A stretch of DNA of 63,931 nt, the filler included, from Octopus bimaculoides (lineage: Eukaryota), in the NCBI RefSeq assembly GCF_001194135.2. It is 7 parts of 6 records of this genome, joined end to end, with 100 filler letters (N's around TTAATTAATTAA, not from the genome) between each part and the next. Parts side by side here need not be neighbours in the genome. Positions count along the whole stretch, not along the records: positions 6,584 to 16,087 come from NC_068981.1; positions 16,188 to 27,019 come from NC_068997.1; 5 more parts are not named here. The stretch is one strand, 5' to 3'. Below the pieces are notes generated by a model. That model was not told where the DNA came from. It made no database searches and worked only from the letters and a program-made list of their open reading frames with translations. Position 1 is the stretch's first letter. The number at the start of each line of letters is the position of its first letter. This document shows positions 12,349 to 23,449 of the stretch, piece after piece. Both the position numbers and the translations under genes were made by a program.

Positions 12349-12926
12349 TACATGCACTACACACACACAGATTTAATGTTTACATATTTGGGTACACAAA
12401 CAGGAGAAAAGTAATGAATACATGCAGTAGAGATAATTGTTCCAAACGTTTATTTAAATCTTACTCTACTTAAAATATTCACAATTGATTCCACAATATC
12501 AAATAGACGAAATTACCTTTGTTTCTCAAGTTGTGAATGTTCAGCTCCAAACAAATATGTACATAATCATCGTTTTAACGCACTTGTGTAGGGGTGGGGT
12601 GCGTGTGCACGGGCGCACACACCAGTGAACTGTAGCCATACTGACATCCAGCCTCTATCTCGACCACGTTGATGAAATAAGTTATCTCCCTTTAAAGAGT
12701 TACCTCCTTTATGTAGGAGCTGTACGAAAATTAGTTTCTTTTACTCGAAGGGCTATTTCTTACTTTAGCTATCGTTTTTTTTTTTTCATCTGGTACTAAA
12801 TTTATTGCTCTCATAAAAAGTGAAAAGCAAAAACTGTTACTTAGTTCGGACATGACTAACACAAGGATCTCCTACTTGATGGATCATTGATGGATCATTT
12901 CCATTCACTCTGAATGAAATGTATTT

Positions 12927-12961
<35 letters not shown>

Positions 12962-13075
12962 ATGCAACACTGCACAAATTCTGTCAGTCATAATACAGTT
13001 CTATATTTAAGAGATGAGGAATTATGTACATTATTTACATTCGACGGGATATTTGTCCTCATCTTGTTTGTTGTT

Positions 13076-13121
13076 AACACAACGTTTCGGCTGATATACC
13101 CTCCAGCCTTCTTCAGGTGTC
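13076..13121 (-). ncRNA. Minimal dimer-type type I hammerhead ribozyme motif
   Basis: Minus strand GACAC-CUGAAGA-A-GGCUG(GAGGGUAUAU)CAGCC-GAAA-CGUU/GUGUU: helix I GACAC/GUGUU, 5-bp helix II, palindromic ACGU helix III. Has one extra A after the core. Confidence 0.7.
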
Positions 13122-13679
13122 TTCAATTATGAAGAAAAAAGAGGATGAGGTCAATAAACTGTCCGCCGTCTGTCTACCCTATGTGAAAGGCCTCTCCAAA
13201 AAGATACAAAAGATATGCGACCCATATGACATCAGGACAGTATCCAAGAGTAATACAACACTTCCCAAATATCTCCTTCAAGTAAAACCAGCAATAGAAG
13301 AGAATATGACCAAAGGCTGCATGTACTCCATCCCATGCAGCTGTGGTTGGTTAAACAAAGGCGAAACATGCCGCCCCCTCAAAATAAGGGTAGATGAACA
13401 TCGCAAAGCTATGACTCGAGGAGATATTGATAAATCAGGTATAGCTGATCATGTATGTAAAATGGAGACCACCTCCCCCTGTGGGATGAAGTTAAAATAA
13501 TAGACAGAGAACAGCACTGGAAAATATGAAAACTAAAAGCAGCAGCACATATGCTAGGACACAACAACCTCCTAAGAAGACCGAATGCAGATATGAGCAG
13601 CATATGGGAAGCGGTATTAAGGAAGGATAGGAAAATATTAGATTTATAAGCTGTAAAAATTCACTCCTTAATTGCCCAC

Positions 13680-13755
13680 GGGCATATGGCGTAGTGGTTA
13701 AAAGCACAGGTTACTAACCCCAAGATTCCAAGTTTGATTCTAAGCAGTAACCTGA
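13680..13755 (+). promoter_or_regulatory. tRNA-like head with Pol III A box and decayed B box inside the Penelope pseudo-LTR
   Basis: TGGCGTAGTGG (13687-97) fits the A-box consensus TRGCNNARYGG; AGTTTGATTC is a decayed GTTCGATTC B box. Confidence 0.65.
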
Positions 13756-13808
13756 ACAATAACAAGAAGAATAACATTGAAAAATACCCAGGTTCGAAAT
13801 TTCCTCAA

Positions 13809-13851
13809 GACACCTGAAGAAGGCCGGAGGGTATATCAACCGAAACGTTGT
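13809..13851 (+). ncRNA. Second copy of the Penelope hammerhead motif, interrupted at its 3' end
   Basis: GACAC-CTGAAGA-AGGCCG...CAACC-GAAA-CGTTGT followed by a SINE-B fragment; helix II weakened by substitutions. Confidence 0.6.
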
Positions 13852-13923
13852 CATCATCATTATCATCATAGTTTAACGTCCACTTTCCATGCTAGCATGG
13901 GTTGGACGATTTAACTGAGGACT
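13852..13923 (-). mobile_element. 5'-truncated SINE family B insertion
   Basis: (CAT)n then GTTTAACGTCCACTTTCCATGCTAGCATGGGTTGGACG; flanked by GTTGT at 13847-51 and 13924-28. Confidence 0.85.
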
Positions 13924-14814
13924 GTTGTGTTAACAATAAACAAGATGAGGACAAATATCCATCGAATGTAAATTCTGTCAGTCATGTTTGCATAATCTAT
14001 TCACCTTGTACTTTTAGAGTCCCCCCTCACATTTCATCAACACTTTTATCTCTCTTTCCATCTTCTTGTAGTTATGTAGTTCCTCACGGCAAGAAACTTA
14101 TTCTGTTCTTGCTCCTTCTTTCATATTTTAACCTCTCATTTCTTAGCATAAAGTTTTCTCCTCTACGGAAGCCTCACTCAGTTGAAAGAGATATTAGTCT
14201 TGCAAACTGCATGGCATTCTCACTAGTACTGGTGTCATGAAAAAATAACCCAGTACCCTCAGTAAAATAGTTGCCATTAGGAAGGGCATCCAGCAATAGA
14301 AACAGTACTAAAGAAGACACTGGAACACGATGCCATACAGACCCATCAGATCCTGTCAAACCATGCAATTCATGGAAGATGAACAGTAAAAGATTCATAT
14401 GATCAGATATGTTATTACATGAATATTGCAACCGCAGGACACCACTTGCATGACAGTGACACTTGTTTACAGCTATGATACTTGTAGTAACACACACACA
14501 TATACACATAACAGGCTTCTTTCAACTTCCATCTGCCAAATCCACTCACAAGTTGGCCCAGGGCTATAGTAAGTAAAAGACACTTGCCAAGGTGCCCTGC
14601 AGTAAGACTGAACCCAGAACCATGTGCACACTTCTTACCACACACCAATGTCTGCGCCTCCACACAAAATAAGAATATCAAACAAAGCTTAGCTGCTTAA
14701 ACACATCCAAAAATCATGTCTAACTCAGAATATGCAATTCTAAATTGTTAACCTACAGAGTTGAGCTGACTCTTTATATTATGTATAAAATAAATCATTT
14801 CATATATTACTTAC

Positions 14815-14893
14815 TTGATTAGTGAAGAGAACAACTTTGTATCCGTTTTGAAATAACTCTTTTAATTTACTGATAACTTGTGGAAAGATTATT
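14815..14893 (-). CDS. PNKP: PNKP internal exon, 79 nt, phase 2-0: (R)IIFPQVISKLKELFQNGYKVVLFTNQ
   Basis: ttttttttatag acceptor and gtaagt donor. Matches PNKP [27 protein letters not shown] (HAD motif II). Confidence 0.93.
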
Positions 14894-14939
14894 CTATAAA
14901 AAAAAATAATATAATTATGTCAATAATTAACAATAATCT

Positions 14940-15570
14940 AACATAGGCACAAAATCACAAATATTTGGGGCATGTACAGGCAGTTAGACTGAAACTAGTA
15001 TTTAACAGTACTTTATTTTATTAAGTCTGGAAGGATGAAGGATGTAGCCAACTTCAATGAGATTTTTTGAGTTCAAAATATAGACATGAATATTGTAAAA
15101 CATTTTTTTCCAATGCTTTACCAATTTTGTATCCCCTATCCTAACATTGGTTTCAAATTTTGGCACAAGGCCAGCGGTTTTGGGGGAGGGGTAAGTCAAT
15201 TACATCAAGCCCAGTGTTTAGCTGTTGGCAGAATTTGAACTCAAAACATAAAGACAGATGAAATACAACTAAACATTTTTTTCTGGCAGGCTAACAATTC
15301 TGCCAGCTCACTGCCTTTCCCTATCCTAATATTGGTTTCAAGTTTTGGCACAAGGCCAGCAGTTCCGGGGAAGGTGTAAGTCAATTCCATTGACTCCAGT
15401 GCTCCGCTAGTACTTAATTTATCAACCCAAAAAGGATGAAAGGCAAAGTGGACCTTGGTGGAATTTGAACTCAAAACATAAAGACAGACGAAATACAACT
15501 AAGCATTTTTTTCTAATTCTGCCACTAAACATTTTTTAAATAATTCTGCCAGCTTACCACCTTCCCCTGT
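14940..15570 (-). mobile_element. Cluster of SINE family A copies
   Basis: Repeated GAATTTGAACTCAAAACATAAAGACAGA.GAAATAC and CAAATTTTGGCACAAGGCCAGC. Confidence 0.75.
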
Positions 15571-15829
15571 CCTAATATTAGTAATAATGATTGCTAACAT
15601 AAGCGCAAAACCATATTAGGAGCTGGGAAGAAACGATTGTTTCTATTACAGATTCAGTGATATAAAGTCTGAAAATTAGAAGTTGGAAACAGTTAGTCAA
15701 TTAAAACAACCCCAGTACTTGAAGCAATAAAAGGTAACGTTGACCTTAAGATTTAAACCCATAACATTAAAGTGCTGGAATTAAATGCTACAAGAAATTT
15801 TGCCTGACACTGAAATTATCATCATCGTT

Positions 15830-16087
15830 CATCATCATCGTTTAACGTCTGCTTTCCATGCTAGCATGGGTTGGACGATTCGACTGAGGACTGGTGAAAC
15901 CGGATGGCAACACCAGGCTCCAATCTAATTTGGCAGAGTTTCTACGGCTGGATGCCCTTCCTAACGCCAACCACTCAGAGAGTGTAGTGGGTGCTTTTAC
16001 GTGTCACCCGCACGAAAACGGCCACGCTCGAAATGGTGTCTTTTATGTGCCACCCGCACAGGCCAGTCCAGGGGCACTGGCAACGAT
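15830..16087 (-). mobile_element. SINE family B
   Basis: CATCATCATCGTTTAACGTC.GCTTTCCATGCTAGCATGGG...GATGCCCTTCCTAACGCCAACCAC. Confidence 0.88.
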
Positions 16088-16187
16088 NNNNNNNNNNNNN
16101 NNNNNNNNNNNNNNNNNNNNNNNNNNNNNNNTTAATTAATTAANNNNNNNNNNNNNNNNNNNNNNNNNNNNNNNNNNNNNNNNNNNN
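16088..16187. other. Artificial scaffold-joining spacer
   Basis: N44-TTAATTAATTAA(16132-16143)-N44. Confidence 0.97.
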
Positions 16188-16780
16188 TAGTACGCAACTG
16201 GTACTTAATTTATCAACCCCCAAAAGGATGAAAGGCAAGGTCGACCTCGGCGGAATTTGAACTCAGAACGTAAAGACAGATGAAATACCGCTAAGCATTT
16301 CGTCCGGCGTGCTAACGTTTCTTATTTCTTTATTGCCCACAAGGAGATAAACATAGAGGGGACAAACAAGGATAAACAGAGGAATTAAGTCGATTACATC
16401 GACCCCAATGCGTAACTGGTACTTAATTTATCGACTCCGAAAGGATGAAAGGCTAAGTCGACCTCGGCGGAATTTGAACTCAGGACGTAACGACAGGCGA
16501 AATACTGATAAGCATTTCGCCCAGCTCTCCACTTTCCACTATCATTTCTTCTACGAAAATTCAGTAGCTATGTCCTAGGATCTGCTGTGGCAAAACACAC
16601 TAATATTGGCTTCAAATTTTGATACAAGACCAGCAGTTTCAGGGAAGGGGCTAAGTCGGTTACATCGACCTCCAGCGCTCAACTGGTACTTATTTTATTG
16701 ACTCCGTAAAAATAAAAGACAAAGTCGACCTCGGCTCAGTTTGAACTCAGAATGTGAAGACAAACGAAATGCTGCTAATA
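16188..16780 (-). mobile_element. Cluster of SINE family A copies
   Basis: Three partial copies containing GGATGAAAGGC.AAGTCGACCTCGGCGGAATTTGAACTCAG. Confidence 0.85.
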
Positions 16781-16879
16781 ATTAAATCAACAAGATTTAA
16801 TTATATTTCCCACTGGAGTTTGATCAAAAGAAATATAACAACAATTGAACGTAGAAAACTTCTCAAAACCAAAATCTAA

Positions 16880-17652
16880 TGGTCTCTTTCCTCTATTCCA
16901 CTAAACATGTGCTACAAACATCTACATATTGATAATGAATATATTATACAAAGGTGTTTTGAACAAGAACAAAGTAACCAAAGAATTTTGCTCCAAACTT
17001 AAAAAGATATGTCAGAGCTTTTCTCTTGCAACAAGACAATATCCAACAATGCATTTACAGTACCCATACTGATACTAACGTTTGGGAAGTTCAACTGGTC
17101 TATAGAGGAAATACGTTCCATATACATTGAAAACTGCAAGATCTTGACATTAACTGTGAATATCTACAAAAACAGTAATATCGACGCGCTTTGTCTCAGA
17201 AGAAAAGAGGGATGTAAGCAGTACAAACAGCATCTGCTACACAGTAGCAGTAATGAATGAAAAAAAAAAAAAAATCAACCAAGTGCTGAAAAAAATGAAA
17301 TGAACAATATCCTGCAAGCCGGCAGTCAACTCAAGTGAGAAACATTCACTTCCTGATGACCTCCCATACTGATCCAGAAGTGCAGGACTCACATATCTCA
17401 GCAAAGACCTGGAAGAGAAACACTCAGCATACAACAAAAAAGGTGATGCATGGGTATATTTCCCGAAAACTTGAAAAGGACTCATGACCACTACGTCACG
17501 TCATCCCTTGAAGGCTATGCATTTGCAATCCAAAAGCAGGAGATAACTGCAAAATATCTCGTGAACAAACAGGACAGTGAAGCCTTTAAATTCTCAAGAT
17601 ATAACCACAGGTGCCGATTATGTTATCCTTTGCGGCAGAAAATAAAAAGCCA
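16880..17652 (+). mobile_element. Decayed R4/Dong-like (RLE-clade) LINE fragment
   Basis: TVPILILTFGKFNWSIEEIRSI...IDALCLRRKEG (cf. DRLYLPRKEGGRG) and SSLEGYAFAIQKQEITAKYL...RCRLC (region before the CCHC knuckle). Confidence 0.7.
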
Positions 17653-18277
17653 GGATCTATTTTAAAACGGGGGCACCAGTTTTCATTTATGTTTTATGTA
17701 GTGTTTTTGGTACCGAAAGACTTTCAAACTTCGTATACTTATCTATTTTGTGTTATAGAACAGAAAAAAAAATTTGTATTCGAATTTATTTCATGTAAAA
17801 AATTGTCTTATTTCGATAATTTCTACTAATCACTGACGTCTATTCAGTTGAAAACAGTTAGCGCTGTAACGGTGTATATCGTATTAATCCCCTAACCCTA
17901 ACCCTAAAACTAACCCTAACTCTAGAATCCGAACTCTAAAATTGTTACACACACAGATACGCACAGCGTAATTTATTATATAAACACTATATGCGTATAA
18001 ATTACGATTAAACCAGATGAAATATGTCACAGGGAATAACATTTTTATGACCGCCCAGCAGTAACTCTATTCAGCTGAATAGACGTCAGTGATTGGTTGA
18101 AATTATAGAAATACGACAATTTTAACATGGAATAACTTGCGATGTACATTTTTTTGTTAAGAAGACTAAGAGTAAAAGATGTTTTATATGACACATTCTA
18201 CCAGTGTCCCAAGTTTCAAAGTGTTTCGTTAGTATTTCGTTAAGAAAATACTGGTGCCCCCGTTTTAAAATAGATCC
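17653..18277. mobile_element. Non-autonomous DNA transposon with GG...CC termini and 8-bp TSD (Merlin-like)
   Basis: 28-bp TIR GGATCTATTTTAAAACGGGGGCACCAGT; TSD AAAAGCCA at 17645-52 and 18278-85; inner 25-bp IR at 17828-52 and 18070-94; (CCCTAA)n at 17889-17920. Confidence 0.8.
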
Positions 18278-18990
18278 AAAAGCCATAGTGATTAGTTGAT
18301 CAGCAGATGTGAACATTTCTTCTACAATCCAACTTCGAAACCTGCAGCTCCTCCGTCCTGATTATAAATTTACATCGACTTTGTCTTTCATCCTTTTGAA
18401 ATCGATAAAATAAGTACCAGTTGAACACTGGGGTCGATGTAATCGATTAACCTCCTCCACCGAACTTGCTGGCCTTGTGCCAAAATTTGAAATCATTTTC
18501 ATCAATAATCATTAGAGCATTCTGTTATGTTAGTAACGGTCTAAGCGACAACTTAAAAAAACTAAGATTTTCAAGCAAAGAAATTTACCAGCTAACAAGA
18601 GCTTATAGATACAATCTGCAAGGGGAACAATAAAAATATTCAAGAGTTGGATTACAATTTTTTAATCCAAACTCCAGTGATGGAGCTTTTGTTTCTTTGT
18701 TAGAAACTAGTTCCCTTTATTTAGAAAGAATACCAGTAGATAAAAAGAAGAAGACATACATGCTTATAAATATATTTGTATGTATGCCCGTGCGCGCGCG
18801 AGTGGTGAATTTTACCTGAGTATAATGGCAAAGAATGTATCATCAGTGAGAAAACCTTCGGTACTTTTTGACAAAAAGACACCGATTCTCCGCAAGAAAT
18901 TCAGTGGGACAGTAATAAATACTTTAACTAAAATGACGTTGTTTATCAATTGCAGCATGTATGTGTATGTTTGTGTGTGTGCGTGCGTGC

Positions 18991-19034
<44 letters not shown>

Positions 19035-20553
19035 ATTAGCGTGAGTGCGCGCGCTAGCGTGCGTATGCATGTGTTTGTGTGTGCGTATGCTTGTGAAAGA
19101 AAAGGAGAGAGCTGGAAAATATTTTCATTCTCATTTTGCATTATATATCTTGCTTTTACGCAAAGGGTTTCGTATACACTTTTTCGCCGTAAGCATAAAT
19201 AAAAATGCATGTACTTGCATTAATGTGTGAGTGTTATCTCGAGCCAAATGTATTCACTATTCTGTGATGTTTTGAATAAGTTGTTTTACTCTTTCTAGGT
19301 CGGGTAACATTTATCTATCTGTATTTACATACATACGTTTAAACACACAAGAGAACTTCCAAGGTACATAATTTGTAAATTTATCAAGTGTGTCTCTCTA
19401 CATATGCTTACGTATTGTATGTATCCCACTGTCATTCTTTTCTTTATTGAACGGATATTTTCTCTTGACTTCGTTTAGAATCCTATACACAACAAGGACG
19501 TATTATAGGATTATAATGCAGTATTTAACTGATAATTCATTTTATTGACCCTGGGAGGATGAAAGGCGAAGTCGACTTCGGAAGGACTGAACTGAGAACG
19601 TAAAAGACCGTAACTAAATAACGCTAGACTCTAGCGATTCTGCTAATCTAAAAAAGGAATAAAATTAAATACAACGAAAGGAAAAAAACAAAAACAAAAC
19701 ATTTAATTATCTTATTGAAAAAAAATATCTTCAGTCTGTCAGCTTTAATAATTGGGCGTGTATCTAGATCTTACAGGCAATACTCAAGTTGATCTGTTGG
19801 TATTCAGCATGCTGCGGTTCGTATTTAATAGCTTTAATCTGACTGCACTACGGCTGCTGCTGATATCGTTGTCATGGTGCTCGAGCAGACGACAGCTGTT
19901 GTTGCCTTCTGGCTTCTCACAAATAATTTTGCCTGCCACAGTTCCTTTTAATATATTTCGTTATTCTGCTGTTACAAATGAACTGCTAGAACTACGGTCG
20001 TTGTTACTACTGCTTCTACTGCTGCGATAGTTGCTGTTGCTATCTCTGCTAAAGAAACCACTAGCATCGCCACAGTGTTAACACATTTTTATCATTATTC
20101 CCAACTCATTGTTCCCCGATGTTGTCTTCTACTCCACTTTACACGTTTCTTCTGCGTCAGATTTCTTCTTTCAACCAGAAATCATTCTTCCTCTTCCCTT
20201 CTCTTATTAAAGCTATCACATTCAGTTTCTGTATTCTATTACAGAGAAACGTAAAATGACTCGAAACAATTCAAATAGAGGAAATATCTCTTTGTAACTG
20301 AAGAAATGTTTGCACAGTTTTATTGTTGTAGTCTTTGAATTTTAAAACATCGTTTAATATCTGCAACAGTGGATATTTGTAATTCATTGCATGTATTTAG
20401 CAAAACATACAATCAAAAGATGACTTCATTTACATGAAAAGGATTATTCATACAAAGCACGCACACCACTGTTGTCCTCTTCCTCTCTTTCTTTCTGTCG
20501 TTTTTACCCTCCCCTTCCTTTCTCTGGTTGTGAGTATGAATTTGTTTTCTCAG

Positions 20554-20637
20554 AAAATTAAGGGCATGTATTCGAATATCACGAGACTGGAAGAAAAAAT
20601 TAGTGAACTTGAAAATAATATTTTGCAGATGCAACGA
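20554..20637 (+). CDS. Candidate orphan exon, 84 nt, coiled coil: KIKGMYSNITRLEEKISELENNILQMQR
   Basis: ~80-nt pyrimidine-rich tract ending tttgttttctcag; frame-preserving length; I/M/I/L/I/L/I/M at all a/d heptad positions; donor gttaat is weak. Confidence 0.5.
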
Positions 20638-21114
20638 GTTAATTTTGTCATATCCTTTACAGCCAAATCTTTCAATTCTCTGTCCACTTTAAGACCTGTT
20701 ATTTTTCAAGAATCTGTTGAATACACAAAGAAAATAATTTTCCTCCAGCCGGTGATGATTGCTTGATTAAAGGTGCATAGGATCAAGAGAAAGAAGGAGA
20801 GAGAGAAAGAGAGATAAGAAAGAGAGAGGGAGATGGAGAGAGAGAGGGAAAGAGAGAGATGGAGAAAGAGATAGAGAGAGATGGAGAAAGAGATAGAGAG
20901 AGAGTTCGAATGTGTGCGCACTCACGTGTATGTATGTATGTATATATATANNNNNNNNNNNNNNNNNNNNNNNNNNNNNNNNNNNNNNNNNNNNNNNNNN
21001 NNNNNNNNNNNNNNNNNNNNNNNNNNNNNNNNNNNNNNNNNNNNNNNNNNNNNNNNNNNNNNNNNNNNNNNNNNNNNNNNNNNNNNNNNNNNNNNNNNNN
21101 NNNNNNNNNNNNNN

Positions 21115-21148
<34 letters not shown>

Positions 21149-21339
21149 CACACACGCACGCGCGCGCACACACACACGCGCACACACACATTATAGAGAA
21201 ACATGAAATGACACCAAATAATTCAGAGAAAATATATTTTTGTAACTGAAGGGATGTTTTCATACACACGCGCGCACATACAAATGACGTTGGAAAAAAA
21301 AGTCCTGTGGCAAATGCTTAGATCTTAACTGGCATATAT

Positions 21340-21965
21340 AATCAAGATAATGTTTTTCTCTATTATTGTATAATCCCAACTATTTAAAAATTGTTGATCT
21401 CTCAGAAGTAAAGTTCTTCGGATATCGAAGCAAAGAAACTTATCTTCTTTGAACGGTTTTCTTTCTATATAATGTTGCAATGATCCAAGAAGTTGATAGA
21501 CTGAGCAAGTCAGGAGAGTAAAACTCCCATATTTGCTTCCATAATCGTTTTCTAAGTGACTTGGGCGCTATTTAGACGTGCTTATCGTGAAAGAGCAACA
21601 CCTCTTGACAGATGATTAATAACAGGCACTTTTTCAGCAATTTTTTGTGCAATGCTTCCAATTCACGACAATACTTCTCCCCATTACCTGTTTCGTTTTC
21701 GTTTAACATTTCATGATAGAAGACATCTTTCATATTCCACCAAATACGGAACATAATATTTTTCAGGTGTAGTCTTCGTTTGGCGATAGGTTCTCTTTTT
21801 CATTTGGTGCCAACTATTGTTTTAGTTGGATGTGATTACAGAGAACTCGCTTTTCATTACTTGTGATGATTCTACTCTTCAATGACGAGTAGTAAGCAAC
21901 TTATTAATTAAACTAAAAAGTAGGCATAAAATGAGGAACCCATTGATCAAGTTTAGACACTTTTC
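21340..21965 (-). mobile_element. Mariner transposase pseudogene fragment
   Basis: Frameshifted SKLDQWVPH, RIITSNEK, IWWNMKDVFYHEML...EKYCREL...LLFHDK and YSPDL motifs. Confidence 0.88.
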
Positions 21966-22339
21966 GGTGCTACTATAGTACGATATCTACCATCCATTTT
22001 CTACTATAGTATGATATCTATTATTAATTCTCTAATATAGTATGATACCTACCAATTGTTGGTAGTATGAAATATGTTAAAAATCATTAAACATTTATTC
22101 TACAAAAGGAAAGGAGCATAAACAGTTTGTAGGGTAAAATTTATTAAATATCATTAACACCTTATACAAAATAAAAAGTCACCAAATATTGATTTTTAAT
22201 GTTTGTAAACTGATTTGATATCATTTTAAAAAGCAGTGAACAGGTTATCGTTTTTCCTGATCATTTTCCAAAAATAATGATCCAAATGTGATTGAAAATT
22301 TTGAGTAGGTACACCTCTTTTTTTCTTAAGCAATGGTAG

Positions 22340-23340
22340 GCCGGTTGTTTGGGTTGTTTGGTAGAGGTCGCAAATAGCAAGGTGAAGATGTTTTATGGTC
22401 GAAGTGTCACTCGAATTGAAATGTTTTGCTAATTCCCGTGTAGTCTGCCGTGGATATTCCTAAACTACGGTTTTCAGAAGCTTACTGTTGACAGAATTTG
22501 GTCATCCAGATCCATGCAATCTGCGAGAGAAAAAAAATTTATGATTGTGTGTACGAATGTGTATATGTGCCAGATATCCTTCGAAGGAACTCCATTTTGG
22601 CTGCTTGTATTCGCGATCGTATTCTTTCGGTCATTACCCAACATTCATGACCACAGTTGAGGAGGGGCACAAAAAACTAAGTTGAAGATATCCAGTTTCG
22701 TTTTTTACTAACCTTTATTATTTTGAGGATCGAATGCTTGATATAGTATATTACAATGCTAGCACCAGTAATTCTAGCATCCAGTTCAGTCCCTTTATTT
22801 TCATGATTCGAGAATACGATTTCAAGACACTTAAACTTCTCTATTTGTCTCAGTAATTTTTCATTAATGTGAAGAGTGCACTGGGAAGAATTTCTTGAGA
22901 GGATCAGAGTCTCAGTCTTCGCGACACTAATTTTCCTCTCTGCTTTGCAGCGGGCCGTTGCGAGCTTATTCGGTGTATGCTGGAGACAACCTTCTGATGA
23001 GCCGAGTAACAGCGTATTGTCCGCAAATATCAGCCGATCGAACCTACATCGACCGATTGTGATACCACTTCCACAACGGCTGCGTATGTCAATCCAGTAC
23101 ATAAAACTTATGAGAGGTGACAATAGCCCCGCTCCAACTTCTCCATTGAGAAGGTCACAGTTCTGGTACTACAAGAATGTGATTAAAATGTCACAGGAAA
23201 GGACCTTTAGAGGGATTCGCCAAGCTGAGCCAACTGGCGAGTGAAAAGGGGTTGACTAAAAACGAGATGGTTGGATAATATCCATAGCCTCAGTTGTCAC
23301 GCTTAGGAATCTAGCGGGAAAGTGTCATAACGGTTACTTC
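22340..23340 (-). mobile_element. Decayed RTE-like LINE, RT C-terminal half
   Basis: RFDRLIFADNTLLLGSSEGCLQ...KISVAKTETLIL...QIEKFKCLEIVFS (YADD-equivalent and FKYLG-like motifs). Confidence 0.8.
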
Positions 23341-23449
23341 TGATCGGACACCATGGAGGAGGTACCTGAAGACTTTAACTCCACGACCCTCCCTGTAAAG
23401 TGGGTGGATAAGATGTATGGGTATATGTATGCATGTATGTATATGTCAG

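Larger units (their letters stand above)
12992..13969 (+). mobile_element. Penelope-like element, 5'-truncated, with inverted pseudo-LTR
   Basis: Decayed ORF end LPYVKGLS...GCMYSIPCSCG...GETCRPLKIRVDEH...SGIADH (GIY-YIG endonuclease). 13035-13124 is an inverted copy of 13806-13972. 16-bp direct repeat AAATTCTGTCAGTCAT at 12976-12991 and 13970-13985. Confidence 0.88.

Noticed and set aside
17237-17491. 84-aa minus-strand ORF and apparent 16-nt microexon (ttccag|GTCTTTGCTGAGATAT|gtgagt)
   Set aside because: Antisense to a recognisable R4/Dong LINE remnant; no supporting gene on this scaffold
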